IMG/VR virus record: IMGVR_UViG_3300037104_000756
Location: 1-64,000 of that record
DNA: 64,000 nucleotides
Source of the DNA: a virus
Reading direction: 5' to 3' (one strand)
The notes below the pieces were generated by a model, which ran no database searches, was not told the origin of the DNA, and was given only the letters and a program-made list of their open reading frames with translations. Position numbers and translations under genes: made by a program. The first letter of the stretch is position 1. Every line of letters begins with the position of its first letter. Positions 28,360-38,659 of this stretch are shown one piece after another.

Positions 28360-29943
28360 TTGCCTGAACTGAACACAGACCAGCAAAGAGTTATTGACGA
28401 TTGTACAGGGGCGCGCTCGGTAATTGCGGGTCCTGGGAGCGGAAAATCCACCACAATGGTGGAGTTTATTCGCACACTGTTAGCGGCGGGGGTCTCTGCC
28501 GCAGATGTTCGAGCAGTGACATTTTCGAAAGAGATGGCAACCGCGCTTGAGAAAAAACTGAAAGTTAAGGGAGTGGTGTCGACCTTTCACAGTCTTGGAT
28601 ATTTGATTTGTTCGGAGACCGAGCGCAAACCTGTCGAGCCAGAGCTACGATATCGACTGATGTGCAAACTGGTTCGTAAGTACCACCTCGACTATAAAGA
28701 ACTGGATCGGTTCATCGCGCAGTTGCGCCGAGGAAACATCAGCCCGACGCAGGCGCTGGAGTGTGATCGAGAGTATTCATACAGTATGGCCGTCGCGTAC
28801 GGGGAATACGAGCGCACCCGCGCACAAGAAGGGTGGATGGACTTCGATAGCATGCTGCGAGACTCCGTGGATTTGCTGGAAAACAACCTGCAGGCGCGCG
28901 GACGATGGCAGCCCCGATATTTGATTGTCGACGAAGCGCAGGATACTGACGACTGCCAGTGGCGGATGATGCAATTGATGGCAGAGAAGCACGGCAATGT
29001 CACTGTGGTGGGCGACCCTAATCAGGCGATTTACGGTTTCCGTGGCGCGAAGCCTGACAACATCACGAATTTTGAACAGTGGTTCCCAGCAGGCAAAAAG
29101 TTTTATCTTGGGTTAAACTATCGCAGCACCCAGACGATTGTGGATTTTGTGCGGGAGAACGCGCCCGAAGACACACCGAAAGAGCTACTCGCGCGCATGA
29201 AGGCGGCGCGGGACGTTAAGGGTGCGCCGATTGGATTGAAGATGTATTGGTCGGATGACGCTGAAGCTGAGTCCGCCCTGGTGCTCGCGCAGAAAGACCC
29301 GCTCAATTCGATCATCCTTGCCCGTACGAACCGTATGGTGGGACTGCTGGAGCGCCTGTGCAATCGATACGGCGTTCGGTACCACTTAATGGGTAAGACG
29401 GGGTTTTGGAAACAGAATGAAATCCGCAAAGCAATTGAAGCGCTCAAATCATATCCATTGATATCGACTGAGGCGGGTTTGAATCTCACAATCCCCGGTA
29501 TCGAGTCCAAGTACGCTGTCGAGGACCGGACCGAAAAAGATAACGATGCGCTGGAGAATCTGAAAGTGTTGCGCCTGATCGGAAAAGATTTCACGAGGGC
29601 GAAAGATTTCGTGACATATGCTAACAAGATGATGCACCGACGCAACGACCCGAAGGGTGTTTCAATTTCGACAGTCCACCAAGCCAAGGGCGGTGAGTGG
29701 AAGAACGTCTACCTTATCGGCGCAAGCGCCAAAGGATTCCCGCACCCGAAAGGTGACCCAAAGGAGGAGAAGCGCATTTATTTTGTGGCGATCTCGCGAC
29801 CAATCGATGTGTTGCGTATTTCGTTCGCAGGTACGCCGTCTCCATATTTACGACGGTATCTCACCGACGAAATTTTAGATCAACTGAGAGATCATGCGGA
29901 TGAAGTGGACCGACTGCAGGAACAGCACACACTATTCGCTTGA
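28360..29943 (+). CDS. UvrD/Rep-family SF1 helicase
   Basis: AGPGSGKST, STFHS, VDEAQD, VGDPNQAIYGFRGA, NYRS, STVHQAKGGEW, YFVAISR. Confidence 0.93.
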   Translation: MPELNTDQQRVIDDCTGARSVIAGPGSGKSTTMVEFIRTLLAAGVSAADVRAVTFSKEMATALEKKLKVKGVVSTFHSLGYLICSETERKPVEPELRYRLMCKLVRKYHLDYKELDRFIAQLRRGNISPTQALECDREYSYSMAVAYGEYERTRAQEGWMDFDSMLRDSVDLLENNLQARGRWQPRYLIVDEAQDTDDCQWRMMQLMAEKHGNVTVVGDPNQAIYGFRGAKPDNITNFEQWFPAGKKFYLGLNYRSTQTIVDFVRENAPEDTPKELLARMKAARDVKGAPIGLKMYWSDDAEAESALVLAQKDPLNSIILARTNRMVGLLERLCNRYGVRYHLMGKTGFWKQNEIRKAIEALKSYPLISTEAGLNLTIPGIESKYAVEDRTEKDNDALENLKVLRLIGKDFTRAKDFVTYANKMMHRRNDPKGVSISTVHQAKGGEWKNVYLIGASAKGFPHPKGDPKEEKRIYFVAISRPIDVLRISFAGTPSPYLRRYLTDEILDQLRDHADEVDRLQEQHTLFA

Positions 29944-29984
29944 CTTCCGGCACCGAGTGTGATCTATTAGATGCAGGAGATTTT

Positions 29985-30344
29985 ATGAAAAAAGGCGATA
30001 TCATTCAGCACCCCGTTTTAGGAGAAGTGGTTGTGGATCAACAGTACGGGGACGGCACTTGTCAAGTATCGCGTCCAAACGGCGACGAATACAACATCGA
30101 CCCCTTAATCTGCACTCTGGTTACGCCCGCAACCCCGGCACGCAAAGGAAAATCACTCAGTCCACTTGAAAAACAGAATCGCCGCGACTCAGCAGTGAGC
30201 AACAACATCTACCCATACGTGGCGGATGAAATCCTTCGGATACATGGGCGAGAACTGGGCGAGAACTGGGCGATGATTTTTTTGAAATTCTTGACAGGGT
30301 CGCCGACGACGAGGATCAACAAGATTGGTCCGAAAAAGCTGTGA
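29985..30344 (+). CDS. Hypothetical protein
   Basis: SD AGGAG before ATG 29985. Confidence 0.6.
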   Translation: MKKGDIIQHPVLGEVVVDQQYGDGTCQVSRPNGDEYNIDPLICTLVTPATPARKGKSLSPLEKQNRRDSAVSNNIYPYVADEILRIHGRELGENWAMIFLKFLTGSPTTRINKIGPKKL

Positions 30345-30529
30345 ACTTTCTTCATACCCGCCCCGCTTTTCTCAAGTTTGTTTTGAAGTGGCATGAACAA
30401 TACCCGAACGAGCAAGGCAGCATCAAACGGTTCATCGAAGTGTGGAAGATGACGGAAGACAAGAACCGCGCGTTGGTGTTCTCTATGATGATGCAGATTC
30501 AAGAAGAGGAGCGCGTCGCCACCATATGA
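30341..30529 (+). CDS. Hypothetical protein
   Basis: GTGA overlap with the upstream gene. Confidence 0.5.
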   Translation: MNFLHTRPAFLKFVLKWHEQYPNEQGSIKRFIEVWKMTEDKNRALVFSMMMQIQEEERVATI

Positions 30530-30580
30530 GCACAATGAAGCCGCACCAGATTTCATCCCAAAAGTGCAGGAGTATCTCCA

Positions 30581-31705
30581 ATGAGTGACATGAAAGCCCA
30601 TCTTTATATCAACTCCAAGGGGCTCGCGGTGACCCGCCATTCATATAGCGGGGGCGATTCTTTTTCATACTGCGCTCGCAAATATTACCTGGAGCGCGTG
30701 CAGGGGTGGGCTGAGAAGGTGCAGCGCTCATCCACGTTCTTCGGCATCGCGCTGGAGAAAGGAATTACGTTTTATCACCAGCGCCGTCTCGATGTTGCGG
30801 GGGCGGTCGCGGAATTCGTACGGCTGTGGGCAGAAAGCAAAGACAAGCCGTACACGTACACCAAATCCGACTTGGATTGGGACCGCCTGAACCTAACGGG
30901 ACAGGAACTCATCAAGCTGTATGCTATTCGTTACCCGACATTCCCGTACGTCGTTACCAACCCGCAAGATTTTCAGGTCGAGACTCATTTCGAAGTGTTC
31001 CCAGGCACAAAGCTGGCAGGACTTGAATTCACATCATACATCGATTTGATTGCGCAATTGAAAGATGGCGTTACTCCCTTGATTATAGACATAAAAACAT
31101 CAGGCAAGGATGTTCCTGAGTTGACGGTGCTGGACCCGCAACTTCGCAGCTACTCCTGGGTAAAAAGTTACCCCAACGTGGCGTTTCTGTGGTTCCGCAA
31201 AATGGGGCGCTCAATTTCCAAGGGTGATACCGTAACGTTGTTGGAAACGCGGGCGGACTGGAAGGCGGGCACGGACGCTATCGTTATGCTTAAGGATGCC
31301 TTTGGTATCTGGGTGACGCAGAATCACCAAATCGTCGACGATATGGATGCGAAGTTTGTTGGCAAGAGCAAAGCCGTAGAGGCTGCGCGGCAACAATATA
31401 TTGAAGCAAACTCCATTTTCATGCCCGAGAGTATTATCACCAAGCAGCGGGTCCAATTCAAGATGGCGGTCATCACGCCTGAGAGCGCGGATGATATCGG
31501 ACGGTCTATCAAACGGGATGTGATCAACATCGCGGCGGCTAATGAAAAAGAATTCTGGCCTATGCAGTCCGGCGTACGATTCCCAAATGAAAAATGCCCC
31601 ATGTGCGCCATGCGCGGCATTTGCTCTAATAACTCCGACCTGCGTGACGCGCTCCTCGTCCGCAAGCAATTAGACGAGTTTGACTTCGGCAAAGAATCCG
31701 AGTAG
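30581..31705 (+). CDS. PD-(D/E)XK nuclease (RecB/Cas4-like)
   Basis: HSYS…C.RKY; YIDL…IIDIKTS…QLRSY; C-terminal CPMC…C. Confidence 0.85.
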   Translation: MSDMKAHLYINSKGLAVTRHSYSGGDSFSYCARKYYLERVQGWAEKVQRSSTFFGIALEKGITFYHQRRLDVAGAVAEFVRLWAESKDKPYTYTKSDLDWDRLNLTGQELIKLYAIRYPTFPYVVTNPQDFQVETHFEVFPGTKLAGLEFTSYIDLIAQLKDGVTPLIIDIKTSGKDVPELTVLDPQLRSYSWVKSYPNVAFLWFRKMGRSISKGDTVTLLETRADWKAGTDAIVMLKDAFGIWVTQNHQIVDDMDAKFVGKSKAVEAARQQYIEANSIFMPESIITKQRVQFKMAVITPESADDIGRSIKRDVINIAAANEKEFWPMQSGVRFPNEKCPMCAMRGICSNNSDLRDALLVRKQLDEFDFGKESE

Positions 31706-31740
31706 TATACCAACACAATTCTTTTTAACGAGGAGACATC

Positions 31741-33618
31741 GTGCTTAGTGATATACCTATCGCGCTCAGGCAGCGTCCGAACTGGGTATGTTGGAAATCC
31801 CTTGTTCGAGATGGGAAGTCTACCAAAATCCCTTTTAATGCGAATACAGGAGGTATGGCTAAAGCTGACGACCTAGTGACCTGGACTACTTTTGAACGAG
31901 CGGTGGACTCGGCGGATGTTCTCAAGGGCGGCGATTATGATGGAATTGGGTTTGAACTTGGAGGCACAAACCTTGTAGGAATTGATTTCGACAATGCCAT
32001 CACGAACAAAGGCATCATTGACCCATACGCGCTGGCGATTTTGAAGATTCTCGGCAGCCCTTATACCGAGATTTCACCCAGCGGCACGGGACTACATGCG
32101 TTTGTAGAGTGCGATGTGTTGCCGGAAGGAGGTAGGAAACTCTCCCAAGGGCATATAGGAATTGAAATTTATCATGGTCGAGAGGGCGGTCGATACTTCA
32201 CGATGACCGGGGAGAAGGTTCTTGGTCATGACGTTCCGAATATCCCAGATATATCCATACCTTACCTTCTAATCACCCAGAACAAAGACAAGAAATTCAA
32301 GTCTCTATGGCTGGGAGATATCTCCGCGTTTGAGGGTGATGAATCCAGTGCAGATTTTGCGCTGATGCGCCGTTTGGCTACACTCACGCAAAACAATCCT
32401 CTGCAGATGGAGAAGTTCTTCGGGGCTTCAGTTCTCGGACAACGGGATAAATGGCGAGACCGTGAAGACTATCGAAATCGCACCATCAAAGCCGCGATAG
32501 ACACTGAACGTACTGGCAAACCTGTGCCTCTTTCGGAGGCGATTGAGTTTCACACCCCTGCTCTGCCTGACCCAGATGGAGAGTATGTGATTGCGCCCGC
32601 CGAAGGGCAGGATGATGGTTGGTTTCCGCTTGGAGATATCAGTCTTATCGGCGGTGCGAGTGGCACAGGCAAAACCACTTGGATTTTTGAGATGCTCCAC
32701 AAACAGAAACAGGGATGGCCTGTACTCAACCACCGCACCCAGAAATATGTGTTTCAGGTTTTGGCTTACGATAGGGGTAGGAATGCTTTTACCCGTACGA
32801 TGAGACGGTTGAACCTGAATCCTTCCGACATACCTACGACTCCACTACCGCTCGCTTTCGGCACCGAGGCGGTGCAGGGCATCATCAATCAGATCGAGAA
32901 GATGAATCCTATTCCTAACATCATCTTCATCGAAGGATTGGATATGCTGCTCGATGACGCCAACAAGAAGTCCGTCGTTTCGCCATTCATGCGTCACCTG
33001 CAAGAATTGGCGGCTCATTTTCATATCGCGCTGATATGTAGTGTCGGGGCACCCAAAACCAAGCGCGGAGAGGATTATGCCGCCAAGCGAGATAAGCTGT
33101 CAGGAAGCGAAGCCTGGGGTCGTAACTGCGAAACGGTCTGTGTACTCGAATTCTCCGAAGAAGACGACGGTACAGCCCCCCAGCGCGAATTAACCATACT
33201 CCCACGCAATGCCCCTGCTGAAAAATTCACCCTACAGTTCGAGAGTGGTCGCCTTGTGCCTGTGCTGGCCACCGAAGAGGCAGAGCCAGAACAAAAACCG
33301 ATGGGTCGTCCTGACTTCTCTATGCAGAAAGCCATTAGATTTCTTGAACAGGAGTTACAAGACGGGACTCCTCGAAGGAACAACGATCTATACGAAAAAG
33401 CGATGGGTTTAGAAGGAATCAGCCGAAAGACTTTGGAAAAAGCTGCAGATACACTCAAGGTAAAAAAGGCACAATACCAGGACACGTCAGGTCGAAAAAA
33501 ACTATGGCGGTCGGAGTGGTCCCTGCCGCAAATGCACGAAGTAGGGACCGAAGGCACCCACGAAGTTGGGGCTCGTTCGCCTTTGTTTCGCTATGAGGGA
33601 GTAGATCATGAATCTTAG
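31741..33618 (+). CDS. Primase-polymerase fused to a RecA-like (AAA_25-type) helicase
   Basis: GIDFD…EISPSGTGLH…EIY…RYFTMTG primpol; DESSADFAL; Walker A GASGTGKT. Confidence 0.88.
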   Translation: MLSDIPIALRQRPNWVCWKSLVRDGKSTKIPFNANTGGMAKADDLVTWTTFERAVDSADVLKGGDYDGIGFELGGTNLVGIDFDNAITNKGIIDPYALAILKILGSPYTEISPSGTGLHAFVECDVLPEGGRKLSQGHIGIEIYHGREGGRYFTMTGEKVLGHDVPNIPDISIPYLLITQNKDKKFKSLWLGDISAFEGDESSADFALMRRLATLTQNNPLQMEKFFGASVLGQRDKWRDREDYRNRTIKAAIDTERTGKPVPLSEAIEFHTPALPDPDGEYVIAPAEGQDDGWFPLGDISLIGGASGTGKTTWIFEMLHKQKQGWPVLNHRTQKYVFQVLAYDRGRNAFTRTMRRLNLNPSDIPTTPLPLAFGTEAVQGIINQIEKMNPIPNIIFIEGLDMLLDDANKKSVVSPFMRHLQELAAHFHIALICSVGAPKTKRGEDYAAKRDKLSGSEAWGRNCETVCVLEFSEEDDGTAPQRELTILPRNAPAEKFTLQFESGRLVPVLATEEAEPEQKPMGRPDFSMQKAIRFLEQELQDGTPRRNNDLYEKAMGLEGISRKTLEKAADTLKVKKAQYQDTSGRKKLWRSEWSLPQMHEVGTEGTHEVGARSPLFRYEGVDHES

Positions 33619-33631
33619 TCAGGAGCAGGAG

Positions 33632-33850
33632 AATACTTTTGCCAAAGTAGAAATATCTCTCTATTATATTGATTCTATTATATATGTAGTTTTCCCAAAG
33701 TCCAAATACACTTCTGCCAAACTACAGACTTCTGCCAAGCTTGGCGAAAGTCCCTACTTTGGCAGAAGTACTTCTGCCACACTTCTGCCAAACATTACTG
33801 CATTAGAATCAGCGGGTTCTAGCTTATTATCCTACTTTGGCAAAAGTATT
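33632..33850. repeat. Putative replication origin with iterons
   Basis: 19-bp perfect inverted repeat (33632-33650/33832-33850), repeated ACTTCTGCCA units, 20-bp palindrome at 33760-33779, AT-rich tract at 33651-33693. Confidence 0.7.
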
Positions 33851-33876
33851 TCACTTTTGCACGCGAGGAGCGCAAC

Positions 33877-34374
33877 ATGTCTCTGATTAAAAGTTTGCCC
33901 CGAATCGCCGCCCAGGAGCTTCACAACACCCATTGCGGTCTCCGCAACCTAAAATTCAAATTGGAACTGATTTCGGAAGCCTATGGGACCCCCGCCGTCG
34001 AGAGGGATTTCCGAGAATGGTGTCGAGGGATTGAACCAGGGACTCGCATGAAATATCCAATCTTCGATTATATGAAGGTGATTGACTCTCGACTCGGGTC
34101 CGCACCAGAAGAGACACGCGCGAATCTGGAGGACCCCGCCATCGTGGACTTGCAATCACTGGCGTATGAATTGACGGGGCTGCTGCCCGCAAAGGCGTGC
34201 GTCGCTAACGCGCTGGTGAAATACCCCGCTGATGAGGTTAAAGAAGCCTTGCGGGAATACACTGACGACCTGCCCGGAAAAGATGCAAAATCAGATATGC
34301 GTGCATTTTGGTCGGAAGGTGGGGCTGAAGCGATTATCTTAGCCCGCCGAAGGAGAGCTACCCATGCCAGTTAA
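33877..34374 (+). CDS. Hypothetical protein
   Basis: SD GAGGAG. Confidence 0.7.
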   Translation: MSLIKSLPRIAAQELHNTHCGLRNLKFKLELISEAYGTPAVERDFREWCRGIEPGTRMKYPIFDYMKVIDSRLGSAPEETRANLEDPAIVDLQSLAYELTGLLPAKACVANALVKYPADEVKEALREYTDDLPGKDAKSDMRAFWSEGGAEAIILARRRRATHAS

Positions 34375-34687
34375 AATTGTGAAAGTGCGAGTAGGACCGA
34401 AGCGTCTTCACCCTAATGTGGTCTATATCGGCAGGTCATTCGGCGGTTGGTCGGCGTCACCATTTTATAGTCCGTTTCAGATCAATAAAGATGGCACGCG
34501 CGCCGAAGTGATTGAGAAATTCGCCGCATATTGGTACGCACCAGAACAGGCAGAGCTACGTGCAAAAGCGTTGCAAGTAATCTGGTCTGATGATACACTT
34601 GGTTGCTGGTGTAAACCCCTCGATTGTCATGGAGACATCATCGCGGGATATGTTAACTGGAAGAAGGGGCCAACTCTATGGCTTTAG
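34364..34687 (+). CDS. DUF4326 family protein
   Basis: VYIGR…SPF…DGTRAEVIEKF…LGCWCKPLDCHGDII. Confidence 0.85.
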   Translation: MPVKIVKVRVGPKRLHPNVVYIGRSFGGWSASPFYSPFQINKDGTRAEVIEKFAAYWYAPEQAELRAKALQVIWSDDTLGCWCKPLDCHGDIIAGYVNWKKGPTLWL

Positions 34688-34956
34688 AAGCGGCGGTTGC
34701 GTATACGTTTCCTGAAGAACGTGGCGTCTGTGGTTTCTGCGGAGACGCGGAGGGTGGGTACGCTAAACGCAAAGACGGGCAATGGCAAGCGGCATGTTGG
34801 AAGTGTGTTAAGCCTGAGACCGCAGGAGCGACTCAATCGAAACGTAAATTGGTCGGCACGATATACACCGACGTTGACGCGGACGTGGTTGAACCGGCAA
34901 CAAAGAAAAAGAATCCTGGGATGGCACCGAGCACGAATCGACCGAGGACAGCATGA
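34678..34956 (+). CDS. Small Zn-ribbon protein
   Basis: CGFC…CWKC. Confidence 0.6.
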   Translation: MALEAAVAYTFPEERGVCGFCGDAEGGYAKRKDGQWQAACWKCVKPETAGATQSKRKLVGTIYTDVDADVVEPATKKKNPGMAPSTNRPRTA

Positions 34957-35615
34957 AGATCATCGAACCTAGTTTTGAAATTCTGGATTTGACATGCAGA
35001 GAAGACGGTGTTAAACTACTTCGTCGGGTTGAATACCTTGCGAGAATCTCCCATCGCAGCGAAGACAAGCAAACAGAGGACTCATGGCAGAGGTTTGTTA
35101 CGGCGGTTGTCTTGCAACATGGTGATTGGTCTGTAGTGGAACATTGTATCGTCACCGTGGTGGCTCGCGTCGACCGAGGAGTTACTCATGAGTGGGTCCG
35201 AGATCGGATCGGAAGCTACACCCAAGAGTCGACAAGGTTCGTGAATCACGGAAATAAAGATATTGAATTCATCAAGCCGTCTTTTGCGGGAGATGATCCT
35301 GTTGCGGCGAGCGCGGCATGGAACGCGGAGATGTGGAGAGCAGAGCAAGCGTATAGAGAACAGCTTGAGATGGGACAGTCACCTCAGATAGCACGTTCTG
35401 TGTTGCCGAATGCGACGGCTTCGACGATTGCCGTGACGTATAATTTACGGCAATGGAGAAAATTTTTCATGAGTCGAGTTTGTAGGGAGGTTCACCCAGA
35501 TTTTAGACGGACGACGATTCCACTCCTACAAAAATTTAAGGAGTTGATTCCGATTCTGTACAGCGATATAATACCAGAAGAAAAACAAAGCATCTCATTT
35601 TCGAGGCCGCGATGA
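34953..35615 (+). CDS. thyX: FAD-dependent thymidylate synthase
   Basis: H..WSVVEH…RGVTHEWVRDRIGSYTQESTRF…ARSVLPNA…NLRQW. Confidence 0.9.
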   Translation: MKIIEPSFEILDLTCREDGVKLLRRVEYLARISHRSEDKQTEDSWQRFVTAVVLQHGDWSVVEHCIVTVVARVDRGVTHEWVRDRIGSYTQESTRFVNHGNKDIEFIKPSFAGDDPVAASAAWNAEMWRAEQAYREQLEMGQSPQIARSVLPNATASTIAVTYNLRQWRKFFMSRVCREVHPDFRRTTIPLLQKFKELIPILYSDIIPEEKQSISFSRPR

Positions 35616-36049
35616 CGGGCGCGGAACGTAGCCGCAAATGGCGTCGAGATCATCCTGGGTACTACACCATGTATTTGAAACGATACGGGCCTAAATGGCG
35701 GGTGAAACTGAAGCAAAAAGGTTTGTGTGTTCGGTGCGGAAAAAGAAAGGTTTTAAAGTGGACTACTTGCAGTGAATGTAAAGAATATCACAAGACAGTG
35801 TCGCCCACAATTCGAGCGATTCGTAAAGAGGACCGCCCACTGGCATTACGACGATCTAAAAAGGCCAAGAGGTGTTGTTGTTGCGGCTCTCGGACGCATA
35901 ACGGTCGGGGATGGCACATTGACCACGATCACAAAACCAAGAAGTTTCGGGGAATTTTGTGTAACAACTGCAACCTTGGCCTGGGTCACTTTAAAGATAG
36001 CGTTCAAAGGTTATCACAGGCAATTAAATATTTGGAGATCATGTCATGA
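35612..36049 (+). CDS. Endonuclease VII-like homing endonuclease
   Basis: WHIDHDHKTKKFRGILCNNCNLGLG. Confidence 0.88.
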   Translation: MTGAERSRKWRRDHPGYYTMYLKRYGPKWRVKLKQKGLCVRCGKRKVLKWTTCSECKEYHKTVSPTIRAIRKEDRPLALRRSKKAKRCCCCGSRTHNGRGWHIDHDHKTKKFRGILCNNCNLGLGHFKDSVQRLSQAIKYLEIMS

Positions 36050-37701
36050 TTGAACTACCAAAAGTCACACTAAGTCACTTTGCTCAGACCATCTGTGACC
36101 AAAAATATGCTCACACGATGGACGACGGTTCGTTAGAGCATTGGCACAATATCTCCTATCGCGTCCCGAAACACGTCCTGCGGGCAGTGCGCGCACCGAA
36201 GTCTGTAGTGGCGCGGGTGCAGCAACTGGTTGCGCAGAGAAAGTTCATCCCTGGTGGTCGATACCTTGCTGCGACTGGTCGCCTCTTTCATCAAGTGAAT
36301 AACTGCTTTCTGTTTCGCCCAGAAGATAGTCGTGAAGGTTGGGCTGACTTTATGCATAAGGGGGTTTTGTCCCTGATGACGGGCGGCGGTAAGGGTGGAT
36401 TTTATAGCGGAATACGGGAAGAAGGAAAACTGATTCGAAAAACAGGTGGTTTTGCAACAGGTCCTATTGCTTTGATGCAGATGATGAACGAATCCGGGCG
36501 ATTTATTATGCAAGGTGGGAGCCGTCGATCTGCAATCTGGGCTGGCTTGAGTTGGTGGCATCCAGACATCCATAAATTCATTACACTGAAAAACTGGATA
36601 CCTGAAGTTCGAGCGCTAAAAGCAGCAGATTATAATTTTCCAGCGACGATGGACGGAACAAACATCTCTGTGTGTTTGGATGACGATTTTTTTCTGGCGT
36701 ATGGGGACGAGAAACACTCCAATCACTCTTCAGCGCACTCGGTTTACTGGTCTACGATCCGCCAGATGCTGAAGACTGGGGAGCCGGGGTTTTCGATTGA
36801 CTGCGGCAAAAATTCCAAGGAGAACCTACGAAATGCATGCACAGAAGTTACTAGTGCAGATGATAGCGATGTCTGTAATCTTGGGTCTATTAATCTGGCG
36901 CGTATCGAATCATTGGATGAGATGCGCGAAGTCACAGAATTGGCGAGTGCTTTTCTATTGGCTGGCACTGTTTACTCTGATGTGCCTTTTGCTGCGGTAG
37001 ATAAAATTCGGTCCAAGAACCGCAGGCTCGGACTCGGCTTGATGGGGATTCATGAATGGTTGTTGATGCATGATAAACGCTACGGCGCGGACAGCGATTT
37101 GGAAGAGTATTTGAAGATTTACGCTCAGTCGGGATTGATGGTTAACGGGTATGCGGACAAGTGGGATTTATCTCACCCCATTAAAACCCGCGCCATTGCT
37201 CCAGTCGGCACCATCGGCATTATCGGGGAAACTACGACAGGGATTGAACCGATTTTTTGTGCTGCATATAAACGTCGGTATCTGAAAGGGTCCTCATGGC
37301 AGTACCAGTATGTGGTCGACCCCACAGCCAAGCGTCTGTTAGATGCGGGGGTGCCGTCAAATTTGATTGAAGACGCGTACTCCTTGGCGGAAGATGTGGA
37401 GCGGCGAGTTTCGTTCCAAGCGTGGGTTCAACAGTATGTCGACCATTCCATTTCGTCGACGATCAACCTTCCTAAATGGGGATCGCCACTTAACAACGAA
37501 GATACCGTGCAATCGTTCGGCAAGATGTTGATCAAATACCTCCCCCGCCTGCGCGGGATTACGGTGTACCCTGATGGAGCACGCGACGGTCAACCCCTCA
37601 ACGCGATGCCTTTATATGAAGCATTGAGGCATGAGGGTGAAATATTCGAAGAGGCTGGAAACGCCTGCGATTTGAGCAAGGGTGGGGAGTGCGGAGCATG
37701 A
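36046..37701 (+). CDS. nrdJ: Ribonucleotide reductase, probably class II (B12-dependent)
   Basis: FIPGGRYL, NNCF, RRSA, NACTE, CNLGSINL, RRLGLG, IAPVGT, SSTINLP, C-terminal Cys pair; no small-subunit gene nearby. Confidence 0.88.
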   Translation: MIELPKVTLSHFAQTICDQKYAHTMDDGSLEHWHNISYRVPKHVLRAVRAPKSVVARVQQLVAQRKFIPGGRYLAATGRLFHQVNNCFLFRPEDSREGWADFMHKGVLSLMTGGGKGGFYSGIREEGKLIRKTGGFATGPIALMQMMNESGRFIMQGGSRRSAIWAGLSWWHPDIHKFITLKNWIPEVRALKAADYNFPATMDGTNISVCLDDDFFLAYGDEKHSNHSSAHSVYWSTIRQMLKTGEPGFSIDCGKNSKENLRNACTEVTSADDSDVCNLGSINLARIESLDEMREVTELASAFLLAGTVYSDVPFAAVDKIRSKNRRLGLGLMGIHEWLLMHDKRYGADSDLEEYLKIYAQSGLMVNGYADKWDLSHPIKTRAIAPVGTIGIIGETTTGIEPIFCAAYKRRYLKGSSWQYQYVVDPTAKRLLDAGVPSNLIEDAYSLAEDVERRVSFQAWVQQYVDHSISSTINLPKWGSPLNNEDTVQSFGKMLIKYLPRLRGITVYPDGARDGQPLNAMPLYEALRHEGEIFEEAGNACDLSKGGECGA

Positions 37702-38324
37702 TACCAATCAATGGAGATGAAGCACTACATCTCGTTAACCAACAAGCTACGGAGATGGCTGCCGTGGAAGATAAATTCGAACGAGGTTATGCTCACCTGG
37801 GGTGGCTGTTGTTGGAAGTGGCGCAAATGCAGTATTGGCGCGTGCGGTATACCACGTTTCGAGAGTACCTCCGCAGTGTGTCGCTGATTTCAAAGAAGAC
37901 GCCCGGACAACTTCACCGATACTTCCTAACGGTGCGCGACCTGAGCGACACATTCGAGCCCTCTCAACTAGAATTGATGGGAATCACCAAGGCGATGAAA
38001 TTACGCGCTGCCAAGGACTACGCTATTGTCCTACCCTCCATCATCGTTACCGCCGCCCTCGACCCCGCCGTAACTGTTCGGGAGTTGAAAAAAATCATTT
38101 CGGTGACGCTCAAGATGCCCGAGGAAGAAGGGGACTGGATGGACCTAGAATTTGAATTCATGGTCACCCCAGAGCAACGCGCGCTTATCACACAAGCGCT
38201 CGATGTCGCCATGCACACGGACCCGCTGACGAAGTCGACCATTTCGAAGTCGGCGCAGATGCTCGACGTTATGACGAAGTTCGCCCAAGAATTCCTTGGG
38301 GCGCACTCGGGAGATGGGAATTGA
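37698..38324 (+). CDS. Hypothetical protein (possible DNA-binding)
   Basis: ATGA coupling; YWRVRYTTFREYL segment. Confidence 0.65.
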   Translation: MIPINGDEALHLVNQQATEMAAVEDKFERGYAHLGWLLLEVAQMQYWRVRYTTFREYLRSVSLISKKTPGQLHRYFLTVRDLSDTFEPSQLELMGITKAMKLRAAKDYAIVLPSIIVTAALDPAVTVRELKKIISVTLKMPEEEGDWMDLEFEFMVTPEQRALITQALDVAMHTDPLTKSTISKSAQMLDVMTKFAQEFLGAHSGDGN

Positions 38325-38659
38325 GGGATACAGTCTGGGTTAAATTAAACGACGCAGGCATCCCAGTGCGTATGTTCAGAAACCGCAAGTCCGCACATGC
38401 TTCTGGGGTTGAGCGGAACGCTGAGTGGGTGCGATCCGAAGCGGTTTCCTCGATTCGACATCAAGTTTTTCTACGGTCTAAAGGATATTGTGAATTTTGT
38501 GGGGAGATAATAACGGAGAAAACTGGGCATCTTCACGAACAGACTCATCGCGGCAAAGGTGGGGAAATCTCGTTGGATAACTCGGTCTTCATTTGTCCAA
38601 CGTGTCATTGCAGGGCTCACGCTGATAGGAGTGTCAAGTTTTCTCGCAAAAACACTTGA
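38321..38659 (+). CDS. HNH endonuclease-like protein
   Basis: CEFCG…HLHE…RGKGG…LDN..FICPTCH..AH. Confidence 0.75.
   Translation: MRDTVWVKLNDAGIPVRMFRNRKSAHASGVERNAEWVRSEAVSSIRHQVFLRSKGYCEFCGEIITEKTGHLHEQTHRGKGGEISLDNSVFICPTCHCRAHADRSVKFSRKNT

Noticed and set aside
33700-33850. Possible CRISPR array
   Set aside because: Units are about 10 bp, in both orientations and irregularly spaced, without unique 30-40-bp spacers. The Cas4-like gene is a common phage nuclease.
33608-33886. 92-aa ORF spanning the iteron region
   Set aside because: The translation mirrors the DNA repeats (TSAK, YFG) and an AT-rich tract, so it is better explained as an origin. Translation is not excluded.
24069-37701. 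Introns or inteins in polA, recA or nrdJ
   Set aside because: The ORFs are uninterrupted, of normal length and lack splicing motifs; the endonucleases are free-standing.
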